Below are positions 39,945 to 53,534 of a stretch of 64,000 bases of DNA, one piece after another. The DNA comes from Macrostomum lignano. Its lineage: Eukaryota. The position numbers and the translations under genes were made by a program. The notes beneath the pieces were generated by a model. The model made no database searches, was not told the origin of the DNA, and saw nothing but the letters and a program-made list of their open reading frames with translations. The DNA lies in assembly GCA_002269645.1 (NCBI GenBank), contig NIVC01001390.1, positions 234,052-298,051 of the forward strand. Direction: 5' to 3'. The first letter of the stretch is position 1. Each line of letters starts with the position of its first letter.

Positions 39945-42900
39945 ATGGCTACAGAAAAATCTGCTCTTCTGTTGCATCGTCAATTAAATGGTAGGTGTAA
40001 ATCTTTATTTGAATTTTATCAAATGTTAATAATATAATAACTACTAGGCCAGGCCCCTGTAATGTTTTTTGTAGTTACTATTTCAAATATTTATCTATTG
40101 TATTTTTTTATTAGCAATACTAATAATTATTAGTAAAGACATTGCTAATTTTAGCACGATAATAATAAACTATTAAACACTAAAAAATAGCATATTTAAC
40201 AAAGAATAATCCTTTTAATCTTAGGTCAATTTAAAAGCAATAGATTGTGATAATAATAATAACAACATTAATGGCAGGATCAATTTTATTATTATAAGGT
40301 GGGGGCAGAGAATGAAGCTATATTTGGTGGTAAATTTGGTAGGGTTTGTTGACAGGAATGAGGTGGGGTGGTTTTATTTTGAATTGCCACTAATGTTGAA
40401 TTCGCACTAATTAAATCTAGAAATATTGCGGAAATATCTGAAGTTTCTCCTGTTACTCTGGCCAGGGGTGTAGCCAAGATTTTTTGGGGATATTAGTTTT
40501 GGTTCTATCTAGCGTAATCCTATATTTGTTTGTTGGTCTTAACTGTCAAAAATAACCAAGCTTTCCTTATGCCATGGGTCTACCATCAATTTGTAGCATT
40601 TTAATTTTTTATTTGAATAAATTTGCCAAGAAGAGCAAGTTAAATTTGATGCATATGCTTGTAGTAAAAAAAAAACATGTCTTGAAATATAGGTGGGTCA
40701 TTCCAGATAAGGACGGTCGTAACATGTCACTGTATTTGGTCATATTTTTTCTAATAGGCGAAAGTATTTGAAACAAAAAACATGTGGTCTTGAAAGCACT
40801 TCGTATGGTCTTTCTTTTGCAAAAACAGTTGGCACAAATTGTTGTTTTATTAGGAGAATAATTAACAAAACATTCACATCCCGGTCGTAACCAGTGAAAA
40901 ACGTAGATCACGTTTTTAAAAAGTAAACTAAAAGTTTACTCAACATATTCATTGGAACCACAAGCGAGTGACAAAAATATGCTACAAAGAAATGAAACAA
41001 CAGGTAAGCAATGTGATTCGCTTCTATTTTAGTACTTTTGATAGTTTAAAGTCAGTTTGTTAAAATCCCGGTCGTAACATCCCGGTCGTAACACTTTTGT
41101 CTCCCCGCAGTCACACTCGGGAATTATCAACAAAGTGGCGGTGAGTCAAGTAATATCGTTCTTTTCTTGAAAGGTACATGTCTTATGATCGTTTGAAATG
41201 ATAGTTAAACATTTGGTAAAAACTATTAAAACTTGTTTTGGACTTCAAGGTCAACGATAGCATTTTTTCAACATCTTTTATGACCTACAAAGTGACATTG
41301 AGTTTGATGGTACCCAAACACGCTAGATTTTGCATGCACTATTATAACACTGACAAATTAAATTTTCCCATTTCAGATCAGCAAAAACGTCGAAGTAAAA
41401 GCAGTAAAGTGAACACAATAAACATGGATGCAGAACCTGGAACCCAGAAAAGTAACATCCGGGTTCCAGGTTCTGCATCCATGTTTATTGTGTGGCAGTT
41501 GCTGTTGTTGCCCATCACTCAAAGTTGAATTTGAAGTGGCCACGGGCATCCAAGGGCACAGGGGGATCCAACAGCTTCTGGATGTCAGCCAGTGGGTAGT
41601 AAATACAGTCCTTGGACTTTGGCCAGGCGTAGTTCGTGTTGCCGCTTTTCACCATCACATTCACTTTGTATTCAAACACCCCCTCAGTGTCGTCCAGCTG
41701 CCGGATCTTCACAACCTGGCCAGGGAAAACCTCGCCCTCATAGTCGACCAGGACCCACCGGCCCACAGCTAGCTCAGCTGCGATGGGGTCAAGACTGGCA
41801 CTTGGAGCCTCAGCGGACTCTTGGCTCATGCCAGTGAGCAGCCTGCCTGCTGGAACCGGAGTACTGGCAGCTGCAGGGACCCAGGAAGGCCTTGGCGGCG
41901 GAGCACTTGAGACTGGCGCTCGCACAGCAACTTCACTGTCAGTGTCCAGGCACCAGAAGTGGTCACGCTGGATGCCCTTGACCTGTTTTAATTGAGATAA
42001 ATATATATATATATTTATAGTATTTTGTTTTCTGCGTTGTACACATGTACTTTATTTCATTTTCAAAGATGGGCTGTGATTTCAATGTTCTTAGTTTTTT
42101 CTGTTTTATAAATAATTGCCGCATGCACTTAAGTTTATTTTCTTCTTGAGTGCGCCTAAGTAAAAAAATACAATTTAATCAATGCTGACATTACCGCAGG
42201 TGCATCCAGGAGCTGAGACTCGAGGCTGGAGAACTGAGCCTGGATCGTCTCGCTGGCAATGAGCACAGTCTCAATGCTGCTGTCCTTCACAGCGTGAACG
42301 AAGTCCTGCGCGCTGTGAATGAAGAGCTGACGGGCCTTCACCTTGGTCCAGGCCAGCCGCTTCAGAACGCCACCGACGCCGTCAATGGCGCCCTTGCCAT
42401 GGGAAGTGGCAAAAAAATTCCACGTGATGCGCTTGACGCCCGGGTTCTCGGTCAGGAGGATGGCCAGCAGCTTCATCATGAAACGGTTCTTGAACTGTGA
42501 AGCTGGGCCATCACTCCAGAAGTGGACCACCTTGGGCTGCCGAGACTCACAGAACTTCTGGAAGGAAAAGCAAGGGAGAAAGGGATGGGGATTGAGACAG
42601 AGAGACAGAGAGAGAGAGAGAATGGACTGGGACAAATGGAATTCCTGTAAAAAGTACATAACTATGCCTTACCTGCATCAGGTGCCGCAGGAAAGTTGAA
42701 ATGGCCTCCTTGGAATGATGAAGGTGGTCGCTGACGATGGCCATCATCTTGCTGCCACCTGGCCAGTAAGCAGCAACAGTGAAAAGTGTTACCTGCGCCT
42801 GATTCCAGTAGGCGCTTTGGGCCATGTCCTGCTGGGAGCACGTGTAATTCTCGCTGAAATCGAAGTGCAGCAGGAGCTCTCCGTCGGCCAGCGCGTCCTT

Positions 42901-45900
42901 CTGGTTGCGAAAGAAGCTGGCCTGCACCTGCTTCGTCTGGTGGTGAAGGACGAAAGCAGGCAGCTGCTCAACCAGCATCTTGAACGTGTCGGCCACGGTG
43001 AGCTGCACTGGCTGCTGCTGCACGCGGCCGTCCGCCCCGAAATCCCACTGGTGAAAACACACGGTCAGTATTTTGAATGAGGGAATAAAAATCAACATGA
43101 AAAAACAAATGGTATCATTGTGTTACGACCATGTTACGACCAGGATATCCCGGTCGTAACCTAACTTTACACATAAAATAGAGTACAAAATGCATATCGA
43201 ACTGTGTCAATACTTCTGTATCACACCAATATACATGTGTTTCAAATGAAAACCATTCCCGATGTTAATTTTTTCAAAGAGACAGTCACCAAAAAAACTT
43301 TTCAACTTTCTATATCCCGGTCGTAACACATGAATTACATCACAATAAACTGTTTCATACTATCTTTCAAGCTATGTTTAAACTGCTAAAAACGTTTTTT
43401 TTTACTTTCATATACTGAAACATTAGTTATATGCCAGAAAACGACTTCTATAGTTAGTAACTATTAAATTGCAAAGCTTAAAACTTTATACCTATCAGCG
43501 TACCTATTCAGAATGTATGCATTACATAGACTTTGGAGTAGAAAAAAAGGAACAAAAATGCCATATCTTCATTAAAGTTCAATAAAAACATAAAATATAG
43601 ACTCTCACTAAGCACTTTAAGCAAAGTTGGTGCTTCTACATCAGTTTTAATTTTTTTCCCATTGTGTCCTTTTCTCGTGGAATGACCCAGGTAAATATAC
43701 ATATAATAGCAATAACATCAACATGCAATACAGATAGCAACAGCAAGAGCAGTCTGAGTAGAGTTGTTTGACAGGAGTCACAGACTCACAGGACTGGCTG
43801 ATATGCAGTAAAAGTAAAATACAAAAAATTCTAAGTGTAAATGCCCCTAGAGTCTAGACATAAAGATGATAAAGTAAGTTGAAAAAATAGTTTTACAGAT
43901 AAAAATGTATTAAATTTCACCATTTTAGCAATTGAGAAGTGACAACTTTTGCAGTTGCACTGCGTGAGTATATTTATCTATCTCATTAATCGTAATTTTG
44001 TTGCGTTTATTTAATGCACAAACAAACATTAGTCATTTCATAATAAGCCATTAAATAATACTAAAAGATTGCTACACAAGATCAATTCTACGACACCCAT
44101 TTTGAGCAAACTGGTCAACAACTGCATCTACATTCACCTTGATGTCCTTGTGAATAAGAAACTGGGCCAATCCTGTCAGTCACTCCTGTCCCATTGTGGA
44201 ACGCAGGTATGACTTCAGAGGACAAAGCTGGCTGAACGACCGCTCAGCAGTTGCCGTGGAGACAGGAATTGTGGCCAGAACTTGCAACATAAAAAGGAGA
44301 TGTTAGGAAAGCTCTGGAGGCTGACAGCTGAATTTGCCAGTGTCTTTAGGATGATTTGCGGTCAGGTTGTTGGATCAACACTCTGCCAACACTTCTTCCA
44401 AAGCAGAAATTCTGCTTCAATGTCCCACAATGCCAAGTCCCTCCAACTGTCCAATGTAAAGCTCAGCTGCCTTCTTCACACTGTCAAAACTGTTGTTAAC
44501 AACATAATAAGGAAGAAGTTGAGCCATCTGGAGTGCGAGCTGTATGTGGGAACTGAAGCGCTCCTCTAGGACAGTGATGACTCCATCTAGGAATGGAATA
44601 TACATCACTATGCGAAAGTAATCACATGTAAATAAGACATCGGGGTTGGCACAATGCATGTGCCGACACCTAGCATTGGCTTGCGACTTCTGAAGTGGTT
44701 CGCCTAGTGCCTTCTCTGTAGAATCAAAGAGCCTATTGTAGTGGTCCTCATTGGTGTGGAGATCTCGAAGCACGTCAATGACAGCCTTGACTTCGCTGAC
44801 ACAATCAACAAGATCAAGATCAACACTCTGCAACTTCTTAGACAATGGCTTCGTGATGGTGAGCATAGCATCCACAATGTGGCCTGCAATGGCATGCTCA
44901 CTGTCTAGCAAAAGCTTTAGGTAGTTTTGAGAATTGCTACCTGCATCGCCACCCCATGTGCTGATCTCCTCCAGTGTTTCAATGATTGCTAGGAAGAGCA
45001 GGTTAAATCGGATGAATGCCTCTTGCTTCTCCACCCACCTGGTCTTACAATGCTAGAGCAGTTGTTTCACTGATGACTTGGGAATCAACTCTTTGATCTT
45101 TCTTTCAAGCAGAGCTGTCCTCTGTGGAGATGAAGACTCCGAATGAAGACTGTGACTGTGTTGACAGCGGTAACTGCAGCACGAATTGATTCAAGCTTAT
45201 AGGCATCTTGGAGTAATAGGTTTAGATTGTGTGCAGCGCAGTGTACATAGATAGCAATGGGTCGTCCAAGCTGCTCGCGAATGACTGCTTGGACTCCATT
45301 GAACCTACCAGACATAGCTAAAGCTCCATTGTAACCCTGTCCAACAAGTTGAGCCATGATGTGGAGAGCATCAAGTGTCTGAAGTAGCTTTGTTGCAAGT
45401 CCCATGCCAGTGAGATCTTCAATGTAAACGAAGCAGAATGAACTTCTCATGGACAGTTCCAGCATGCTGGTCAACAAATCTAATGCAAACAGACATCTTT
45501 TCTTTGTGAGAAGAATCAGTAGTTTTATTGGCAAGAAGTGCAAAGTAGCCTGTCTTGTTGATGTCCTTTACAAGGTCTCGGGTCATGACATCAGAGAGTG
45601 CTTTAATGATGTCATTCTGCAATTCAGCACATGTGTACTTGGCATTTGATGGACCAGTGCAAAGATGCTCATGTAGAACTGGGTCGTGCTTGGCAAGAAG
45701 CTGTAGCAGCGCAACAAAGTTGCCCTTATTGTAATCTATTGTTCCATCTGAATGGAGCTCAATGGGTCCACAGTCCCAATGGCCTCGAAAGGCCAGACCA
45801 CAGCAAGCAAGAAACTCAACTGGCTCAATAACATGCTTTAGTCACTCCCTATTCTCCTGCACAAGCTTTGCATGAGCAGTGTCCAGCATATGGCCAATAT

Positions 45901-48900
45901 TCGTTCCAGATAGCATTGCATTGGTTTTGAGCACAGAGTCACAGCGATGGTAGTCTCTCTGCAAATGCTTCTTTAGCTTTGTTGTGATGACATCAAACTT
46001 GGTGCAAGGAGTGGTCACAAAGTGTCAACTATTTGTCCATGACTTGCAAAGTCAGTTGGAAGAAAGAGGACACAGTACCTACATAGGAGAAAGGAATGGA
46101 TAAGGAAAGGAGCACTAAGTTAAGTTCACTAAGTCTAGAGTATTAATTCTCCATTACATAATTAAAAAGTATACAAAACAATTATGCATATTAGCATATA
46201 GTATTCATGTAATCATGCAATCCATTTTTAGGCTGACTTACTTGCAGAATACACCGCAAAGCTTTGCAGAGTATGCAAAGCATGCATTAGGACCAGTTAG
46301 ATGCTAGTATGACAAATAGCGCTTGTGCAGATTGCCCTTGTTTGACTTAAGAGTGAAAGGGAATGAGTATCCAGGTGGTGACACCTAGCAGTCCTTGAGG
46401 AATAGCAATCGCAAAGATGTGTCCAGCTTTCCTTTTAGACAAAGCTCAACAGTGTATCCTATGTCATTCTCAGCAATAGGTGTCGGTGACGCTGAGCATT
46501 CTGGTTCACATTTAGTAGGCAAAGCCAGAGGCAGTACAGGCACTGCAGATGAAATAGAGCTAGTCAAGCATGGTCCAGCCCCAGTTGCAGCTGCTGTACT
46601 AGCAGAAAGCTCAGAGTCAGAAGGCTCAGAAGGCACAGGAGGTGGGCAAGACCTCTTAAAGTTATCAAATAATGAATGGATGTCATGAGACTGCACCTTT
46701 CGCTTGCTCATTGTTTCTTCAATAATAAACTAGTAGAAGGCGAGGCTTATAACAGTCACAGATAACAAAAGTCAATATCCATTGCTTTATTAAAACAGGC
46801 TGTGTCAATTTAATTAAGAGCTGGGAGGGGAAGGGGTCGGGGATGAAAGGGGAAGGGGTGGAGTAAGGCCAGGGCGGGGCAGGGCCAACCAATATGTATA
46901 TATAATACATGCATACTGGGGTTGGGTGGGGTCCTGAGATTGTGACTAGGAGAGAAAAATTCAACTCCAGGCCTCAATATCCAGGCCTCAGCAAGTTCGG
47001 ACTCCATTCCAGCTATTTTGGCTTTAAAGAAAAGGGTAAATTCTAGCCAAACAGTGTTACACTGGGTCCTTACATCCCATTCTGCTTTTTGATTCATTTC
47101 ATTTCATTGCACTTGCAGTCCAGTCCATGAGGACCATGACTCGAGTGAGTTGAGTGACAAGTCACTCACTAAAATAGAACTGGAACCCCTAGGGCTCATG
47201 CAATAACAACCCTCAAGACTGTGGAATGAATCACCAGAATTTGCCTAAAGTTTTGTACTTGCTACACTATCTCTAATTTCCTAACATAGATTTAAAAAAC
47301 AATTAATTCATTTCTTTCAAAGAAACTGAATGCAAAAAAATTTGAGACATCAAATTTTGGGGGTATCAGCCGATACACTAATACCCCCCTCGCTACACCA
47401 TTGACTCTGGCTGCCGGGGTCCTCAATTCTGGGGGGGGGGTAGTTTGGTCATAGATGAGCGGTCTTTGTTAGGTGTGAACTTTTAGATAGGGTCCTCAGA
47501 CACCAAATTGATGTACCTCTAATGCTTGACTGATTATTTCCAGTAGAGTAGTGCTGCCACTACTGTAATTTCATATTACAAAACGTTGAAGTCTTAGAGC
47601 TTTCTTTGAGTTGAGAACTTGGTTATTTTATTCCCCACAGGCAAATGACTTAAGATAGGCTATGGCTTTTAATTAAGTCTTAAACAAAGAACAAATTGAC
47701 ATTAGTTTATTAAATCAGCAGCTGGATATTATAAATATACTGGAGTCAACCCAACGACAGAAATGGTTCAGGGAAGCCACGATGCGGGGCCCTAAACTAA
47801 CTAAACTCGAGTCACTAGTCTTTAGTAATAGGGTTTACTTAACTGAAAATGAATAGCAAGTATTAAAATCAAGTATTATTAAATTAATTTGAGTAAGCCA
47901 TAAAATGACTAGAAAACAAAAAACCAAAAAGGGGAGGCAAGCCTTTTGGAGACAGGCAAAAAGAGGCCTAGTTAAATAACAAAAGAGGAGCAGAAGGTGG
48001 GCAAAGTGGTCCAGAGAATGGGAATAGGGCATGGACACCAAGACCAAGGCCCAGAACTTGGCGAGCAAAAGTTCCACAGAGATGCATAAAGAAAAACAAA
48101 ACAAAACAGAAAAAGGGCATAAAAAACTAGAAAAAGGAAAGTGATGCCAGAAAGAGGGACAAAAGCACGTCATAGATTTTGCCAAGGGGTGGACAGATAG
48201 GGCCAGAAATAGGGCAGCAACAAATGGGAGAGTCCATAAAATGTTATTATGAAATTAAAAATTTGTTAGTGGGAGTCTGCAACTACCACAATTATAATAT
48301 TGATTAGGCCTATTGAATAATAAATATTAAACTATAGGCTTAGTTCTTACTAAAGCTAGGCTAAAGACAGTCTAGAGACTAGAAAGAAAGATTTTGTCTT
48401 TTGTATTTTCTTATGTAATAAAAACATTGACAAGCATTTTGACATCTCATTCATTAAATTTGGCCAAGTAATCAAAAAGTTATAACATTTTCATGTTTTG
48501 ATTTTCTTGGAAATTTTGGTTTATTCAGTAATGTATTTTCCTATAAGTATAAATAGGATTCTACAATCATTTTGGTCTAATAAGGGTCTAACTTACTTTT
48601 TGTATAACTAAAAATTAATACATTAAAATTACTCTGATACTCTAGATCATATAGTATATGCCCAAAAATTTGGGCATACATTGGCCATAGCCTCGAGTAT
48701 ATACTATGTGTACAGGAACATCTCCTGGCTATGCATGCCCTTGCAGAGAGGAAGAGGCCAGGAGGGAAGGTCTGCAGTCTACACCACATGCCAATAGACT
48801 GGGGTATGAAAGGCATTTAAACAATTGTTTGAGTGTATCAATTTTCTGTTATAAAGAGTAAAGACTATGAAAATTATTTTTGTTTGTATGACTTTTCTAT

Positions 48901-49751
48901 TACTTGATTTAATTTTATAAACAAGAAATTATTGCTTAGTTTTGATGGAAGATGACCTAATATTTACCTTTTAATATAACTAGCATTTTTATAGCTCTAT
49001 TAATATTTATACCCATAGTCAGGATCATGTCATGGTATACGCCGGAATAAAAAGTCCCCTAAAAAATCTATGCCACTTTATACTGAAATGTATGCCAAGG
49101 TCCTAGGAACTTACGCTAGGTTTTTTAGGCTTTGCAACAGTAAATGACCTTTTTTGCGTGTTACACATTTTTGCCTACTTTATAAACATCAAAAAATGTA
49201 CCATGAACTTCACAAAGATTATAAGTAAATGATTCCTTCTTCTTCAAATAAATTATTTAACAAATGTGTGGTTGTTGGTCAATTGTTGGTCAACCAGGCC
49301 AATCTGGTTGCCCCTATCGTGTCAATTTGCTCTTCAACTTCTTGCTGCCATGAATGTATAATTGCCCAGTCAGGATTTTGGCATATGAGTATACAGCACC
49401 CTAAATTGTGGTAGATCAGGGTTAAGTTTGTTGTTAGAGGCTGTGTTATGGACAAGCACAGAGATGGCATTAGTCAACTGGCTGGACTGAATTTGGACTC
49501 TAAGCTTAGGATCATATCGCAAGACTTAGTCAACTTGTCCCTATGGCGCAATTTGAACCTAGCCAGACTAGCAATTAAATCAGGCACAACTCATTCTTTG
49601 ACTTGACACAGCAGTGACAATGGTGGCAATAAGGATAGACTCTCTAATTTTGAAAGTGAATACTTTTAAGTAAATAACTTTTTTGGTCAGTTACTAGACT
49701 CAGCAGAGTCTACATTGGCATGGAGGTTGTCTCCCATACCCCCACATGTGC

Positions 49752-49788
<37 letters not shown>

Positions 49789-52700
49789 TTTGCACTAGCT
49801 AGTTAGGCCCCAAGGGTATTGCTACCCTAGACCCAGCTAGCCAAAATTATAAAATTCACAACTTATAGAATGCAATAGGGTTATGATTGGAGAAAAATAG
49901 CAACCTAATTGATTGGCTGGGCCACTAGCCAATTGCGGGACAAGCAAGGGGTGCAGCTAGCCAAAGCTGGCTGGCCCAGACAGGCAATGGGTTGGGTGGC
50001 ATATACACAACTGCATAAACAACCAAAGGGGGAAAAGTGGTGACAGGTGCACTGACTAAAAGCCTAAGATGGCTAAGCAGTGCAGATATACCTTGATAAA
50101 ACAAGTTGCAAAATTGAATTGACCAAAAACAAAAAAGCTAAGAACCAAGAAAGAAAGAAAAAGGCAAGAGGAAAGACAGAAAAGTAGTACAAAGAATTAA
50201 AAATGGTCAAGCAGAAGAAAAGCAAGTTGCAACAGAAGCAAATTAAGTTGCAACAAGAGCAACTAAGTTGCAAAACTAAGTCACATTTTTGGTCAAAACT
50301 AAGTTGCATGGCTAACATAATTTTAGAGGTTGTGCATGTATATTGTCTTGCTCATTTTATAAATTGCTGTCATCATTTTAGCTAACTTATGTAACAATTA
50401 TGTAACAAAAATTATGTAACAATAATAAAATACAAGCTTATAGGTTCATAAAACCAATGAGTTAAACCATGCCATTTTATGATATTTAGGACAAGGTACT
50501 GGAGGTTTTATATAAATATAGCAATGATAAATTAAGTATTAGGTGTCAAAAATAAAGAATTGAACTGAAATGGTATCCAGCTTAATAAATGTAATTTTAT
50601 TGATTTAAAATTAAAAATCAAATCAAAGTTCAAGTCATGGTTTAGTACTAGTACTAGTACTAGCAGATCATTCATTATTCATATGCTCTAATATGAGCTA
50701 AATAATTTATTCTATTTTAATATTATTTTTTATTTATTAACTTGGACAACACTATTATAGCATAGTTTTTAGCTTATTATCACTTAACTTATGCTTAACT
50801 GTGTCCCAGGGCTTGTACTTCAATTCCAAATAGTCGGCACCAATTTTTAACAGTGCTTTTTGTCCTATCACAAAGTGTACTGGATCATTAAACCCTACTT
50901 TGCCCTAATATAAATCTGGTAGTTATTAGTATAGTTCTGTTAGGCCTGAGTGGTCTTACTGGTTACATGTATTATTTTCAATCTTGGCATTATTGGGATT
51001 TGGAAAGTCACAGCTTTACTCTTATTATGGCTTTGCAATCAAATATTTCTCCCAATCCTTCTATTAGTGAATTTTTTCAATCTCTTTTATTGCAAATTTA
51101 TAAGTAATACTTATAGGTCTAAGACTGAATTCTAGTTCTATTTATACTTAGCAAGTTTGTGTATATTTTAACAAATTTTATAGACAGAAAATATTTTTCA
51201 TATTATAACAAACATATTCTTTTTTGCACTAATTTAATGAAACTATAACCACTTTCACAATTGGCTAAAACATGATAAATCTTGCCTTATTAGTATATTG
51301 TGATTGTAATCCAAAATGTAAACCTAATGAACTTATTTCCTAGATAAGCTCTCTATCTAAGCAGTGATTTCTTTATAAAAAAACATTATCCCTTTTAAAC
51401 TCTCAGTCAAGCACATAAAATTCTAAGAAATGGTTATTTAGATAATATAAATTATAATAAAATATAATATCTACTACTGATTTGAGTAGTCTCAATTACT
51501 TATTATTCTTTTTTGTTTTTTCCTAACTAATAGATCTCCGCAAGCAAGGCTCTGATTGTTTCTCAGCTGGCCTACTAGATGACAATGACCCCTACATCTG
51601 GCGCGTGACCATCTTTGGGCCGTCTGGCACTCTTTATGAGGGTGGCCTGTTTGTTGCTGAGCTGCGCTTCCCCAAGGACTATCCGAATAGGCCGCCTAAA
51701 ATGAAATTCCTCACCGAGATCTGGCATCCCAATGTTGAGTCTGATGGCTCCGTGTGCATCTCCATTCTGCACGAGCCTGGTGAGTCTTTTGTTTGGTTGA
51801 GTTAAGTGAGATTTTTTGATTGATTTCTCAGATCCCCAATTTATGGATTATAATTCCTCATACCCCCAATTTATGGATTATGATTTCTCAGATCCCCAAT
51901 TTATGGGTTATAATTCCTCATACCCCCAATTTATGGATTATGATTCCTCAGATCCCCAATTTATGGATTATGGTTCCTCAGATCCCCAATTTATGGATTA
52001 TGGTTCCTCAGATCCCCAATTTATGGATTATGATTCCTCAGATCCCCAATTTATGGATTATGGTTCCTCAGATCCCCAATTTATGGATTATGATTCCTCA
52101 GATCCCCAATTTATGGATTATGATTCCTCATACCCCCAGTTTATATATTATGATTCCTCATACCCCCAATTTATGGATTATGGTTCCTCAGATCCCCAAT
52201 TTATGGATTATGATTCCTCAACTCCTCAATTTATGGATTATGATTCCTCAATTCCTCAATTTATGGATTATGATTCCTCAGATTCTCAATTTATGGATTA
52301 TGATTCCTCAGATACCCAATTTATGGATTATAGTTCCTCAGACCCTCAATTTATGGATTATGATTCCTCAGATCCCCAATTTATGGCTTATGATTCCCCG
52401 GGTCCCCCATTAATGGATTATGATTTCAGATCCCCAATTGAAGGATTATGATTTTAGTTCCCCAATTTAAAAATTATGATTTCAGATCCTTAATTTTGAG
52501 TTCCTTGTCTTTACATCCTCAATTTGAGGTTTCTGAATCCTTTTAAATCTCCATCTTTTGATTTCTCAAATTAAATCAGAAATTTAATGGATTAGATTTA
52601 GAATGGATTTAGCTCCTGGGGAATATTTAACAAGCTATTTAGCTACACAACTTTCATCGCCTTCGTCTACCCGTCCAGGTGAGGACAAGTGGGGCTACGA

Positions 52701-52899
52701 GCGACCAGAGGAGCGCTGGCTACCAATTCACTCTGTAGAATCCATTGTCATGTCCGTCATCACGATGCTGTCCGAACCGAATCCGGACAGCCCGGCCAAT
52801 GTGGACGCGGCCAAGGAGTTTCGCGAGAACCCCGCCAGCTTTAAGAAACGCGTGGCCCGTTGCGTGCGGAAGAGTCAAGAGGAGCCGATATGGGACTAG
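39945..52899 (+). CDS. UBE2G1: Ubiquitin-conjugating enzyme E2 G1 (UBC7-like), 170 aa; exons 39945-39990, 51534-51779, 52679-52899
   Basis: The spliced frame (513 nt, both introns GT-AG phase 1) gives MATEKSALLLHRQLNDL..FSAGL.DD.D...W.V.I.GP..TLYEGG.F...L.FP.DYP.RPPKMKF.TEIWHPNV..DG.VCISILHEPGEDKWGYE.PEERWLPIH.VE.I..SVI.ML..PN.DSPANVDAAKE.R, the UBE2G1 signature including the acidic loop. Confidence 0.93.
40695..43688 (-). mobile_element. 3.0-kb DNA transposon, Sola2-like (tentative), nested in the hAT element
   Basis: TIR GGGTCATTCCA / TGGAATGACCC; 4-bp TSD AGGT at 40691-40694 and 43689-43692; repeated subterminal (ATCC)CGGTCGTAAC motifs at both ends; transposase exons inside. Confidence 0.8.
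41515..43047 (-). CDS. C-terminal 401 aa of a DDD transposase in three in-frame exons (43047-42673, 42557-42195, 41982-41515); N-terminal exons absent
   Basis: All junctions are GT-AG phase 0 with no stops. Motifs LHFDFSENY, QSAYW.Q.QVTL, SD.L.H, HFWSDGPASQFKN, WNFFATSHGKGAIDGVGG.LKR; the tail GRWVLVDYEGE.FPG.V...V.VM..SG..Y.WP...D..YY looks beta-barrel-like. Confidence 0.78.
44072..46711 (-). pseudogene. hAT transposase of ZMYM1/P52rIPK type, degraded (exons about 46711-46242 and 46078-44072)
   Basis: TTF-type zinc finger FCK|YCVLF joined across a GT-AG intron; QNDII, FALLA..TTDSSHKE.MS.C.RFV, GQGY.GA.AMSG...GVQ, YVHCAAH.LNL, C.TRWVE, RF, and a C-terminal ERSFS..K.YLRSTM dimerisation motif; many stops and frameshifts. 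Confidence 0.88.
51817..52450. repeat. 30-bp minisatellite (TTATGGATTATGATTCCTCAGATCCCCAAT)n in UBE2G1 intron 2
   Basis: Tandem units that degenerate toward the 3' end. Confidence 0.95.
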
Positions 52900-53534
52900 G
52901 CTAAGAGGGGGTCCGTTGCTTGGGCTAAAAATATTAACAAAAGTTTGTCTCTATTTTCTTTCCCCCCAGACAAATATTGGTTAAAATCACTTCAGTTTGT
53001 TTAAAAATTGTTTCAAATTCTGTTTGTTTGTTTGTTTCGGCTTCAGTTGATTAAAATTTTTGTTTACAACAAGGTCACGCTAGGTAAACCGTACAACTTT
53101 AAGCTGGCTGATAATCCGAAATTTTTTAATAAACAGCCTGAAGTTGTCCGAAGTTTAATTGGGTGTCTGTGTTCTGTCACATACTTTGCTACGTGTCCAG
53201 TGGGTGTTTTTGTTTGCTTGCCTGCGCCCCTGAGAGACCTGATAAATATGCTCTTTTTAGACCCACATTCGCAGGTCTGTCCGGCCTTCCCCTCCTTTAG
53301 TTGCGCGAAAGAGTTCACTCTGTGTGACAAGCCAAGTTTGAAGGATTAAAAAATGTGCGAAGCAGTTTATGGTTTAATAATAAATGCTGTCGGTTTGGGC
53401 CGCCACTGTGGTCGACGCAAATCTATTATTAATTATTATTATTTGTAAGCTTTTAAACTGATTTATTTTTGGCTCTGCTAGATTTATTCACTTTATTTAA
53501 TTATGGGACTATCGTACCTATACAGTATCGGTGT

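Larger units (their letters stand above)
40463..47403 (-). mobile_element. hAT DNA transposon (6.9 kb including a nested element) in UBE2G1 intron 1
   Basis: Imperfect TIRs CAGGGGTGTAGCCAAG / CTCGCTACACCATTG; perfect 8-bp TSD ACTCTGGC at 40455-40462 and 47404-47411; hAT transposase remnants inside. Confidence 0.88.
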
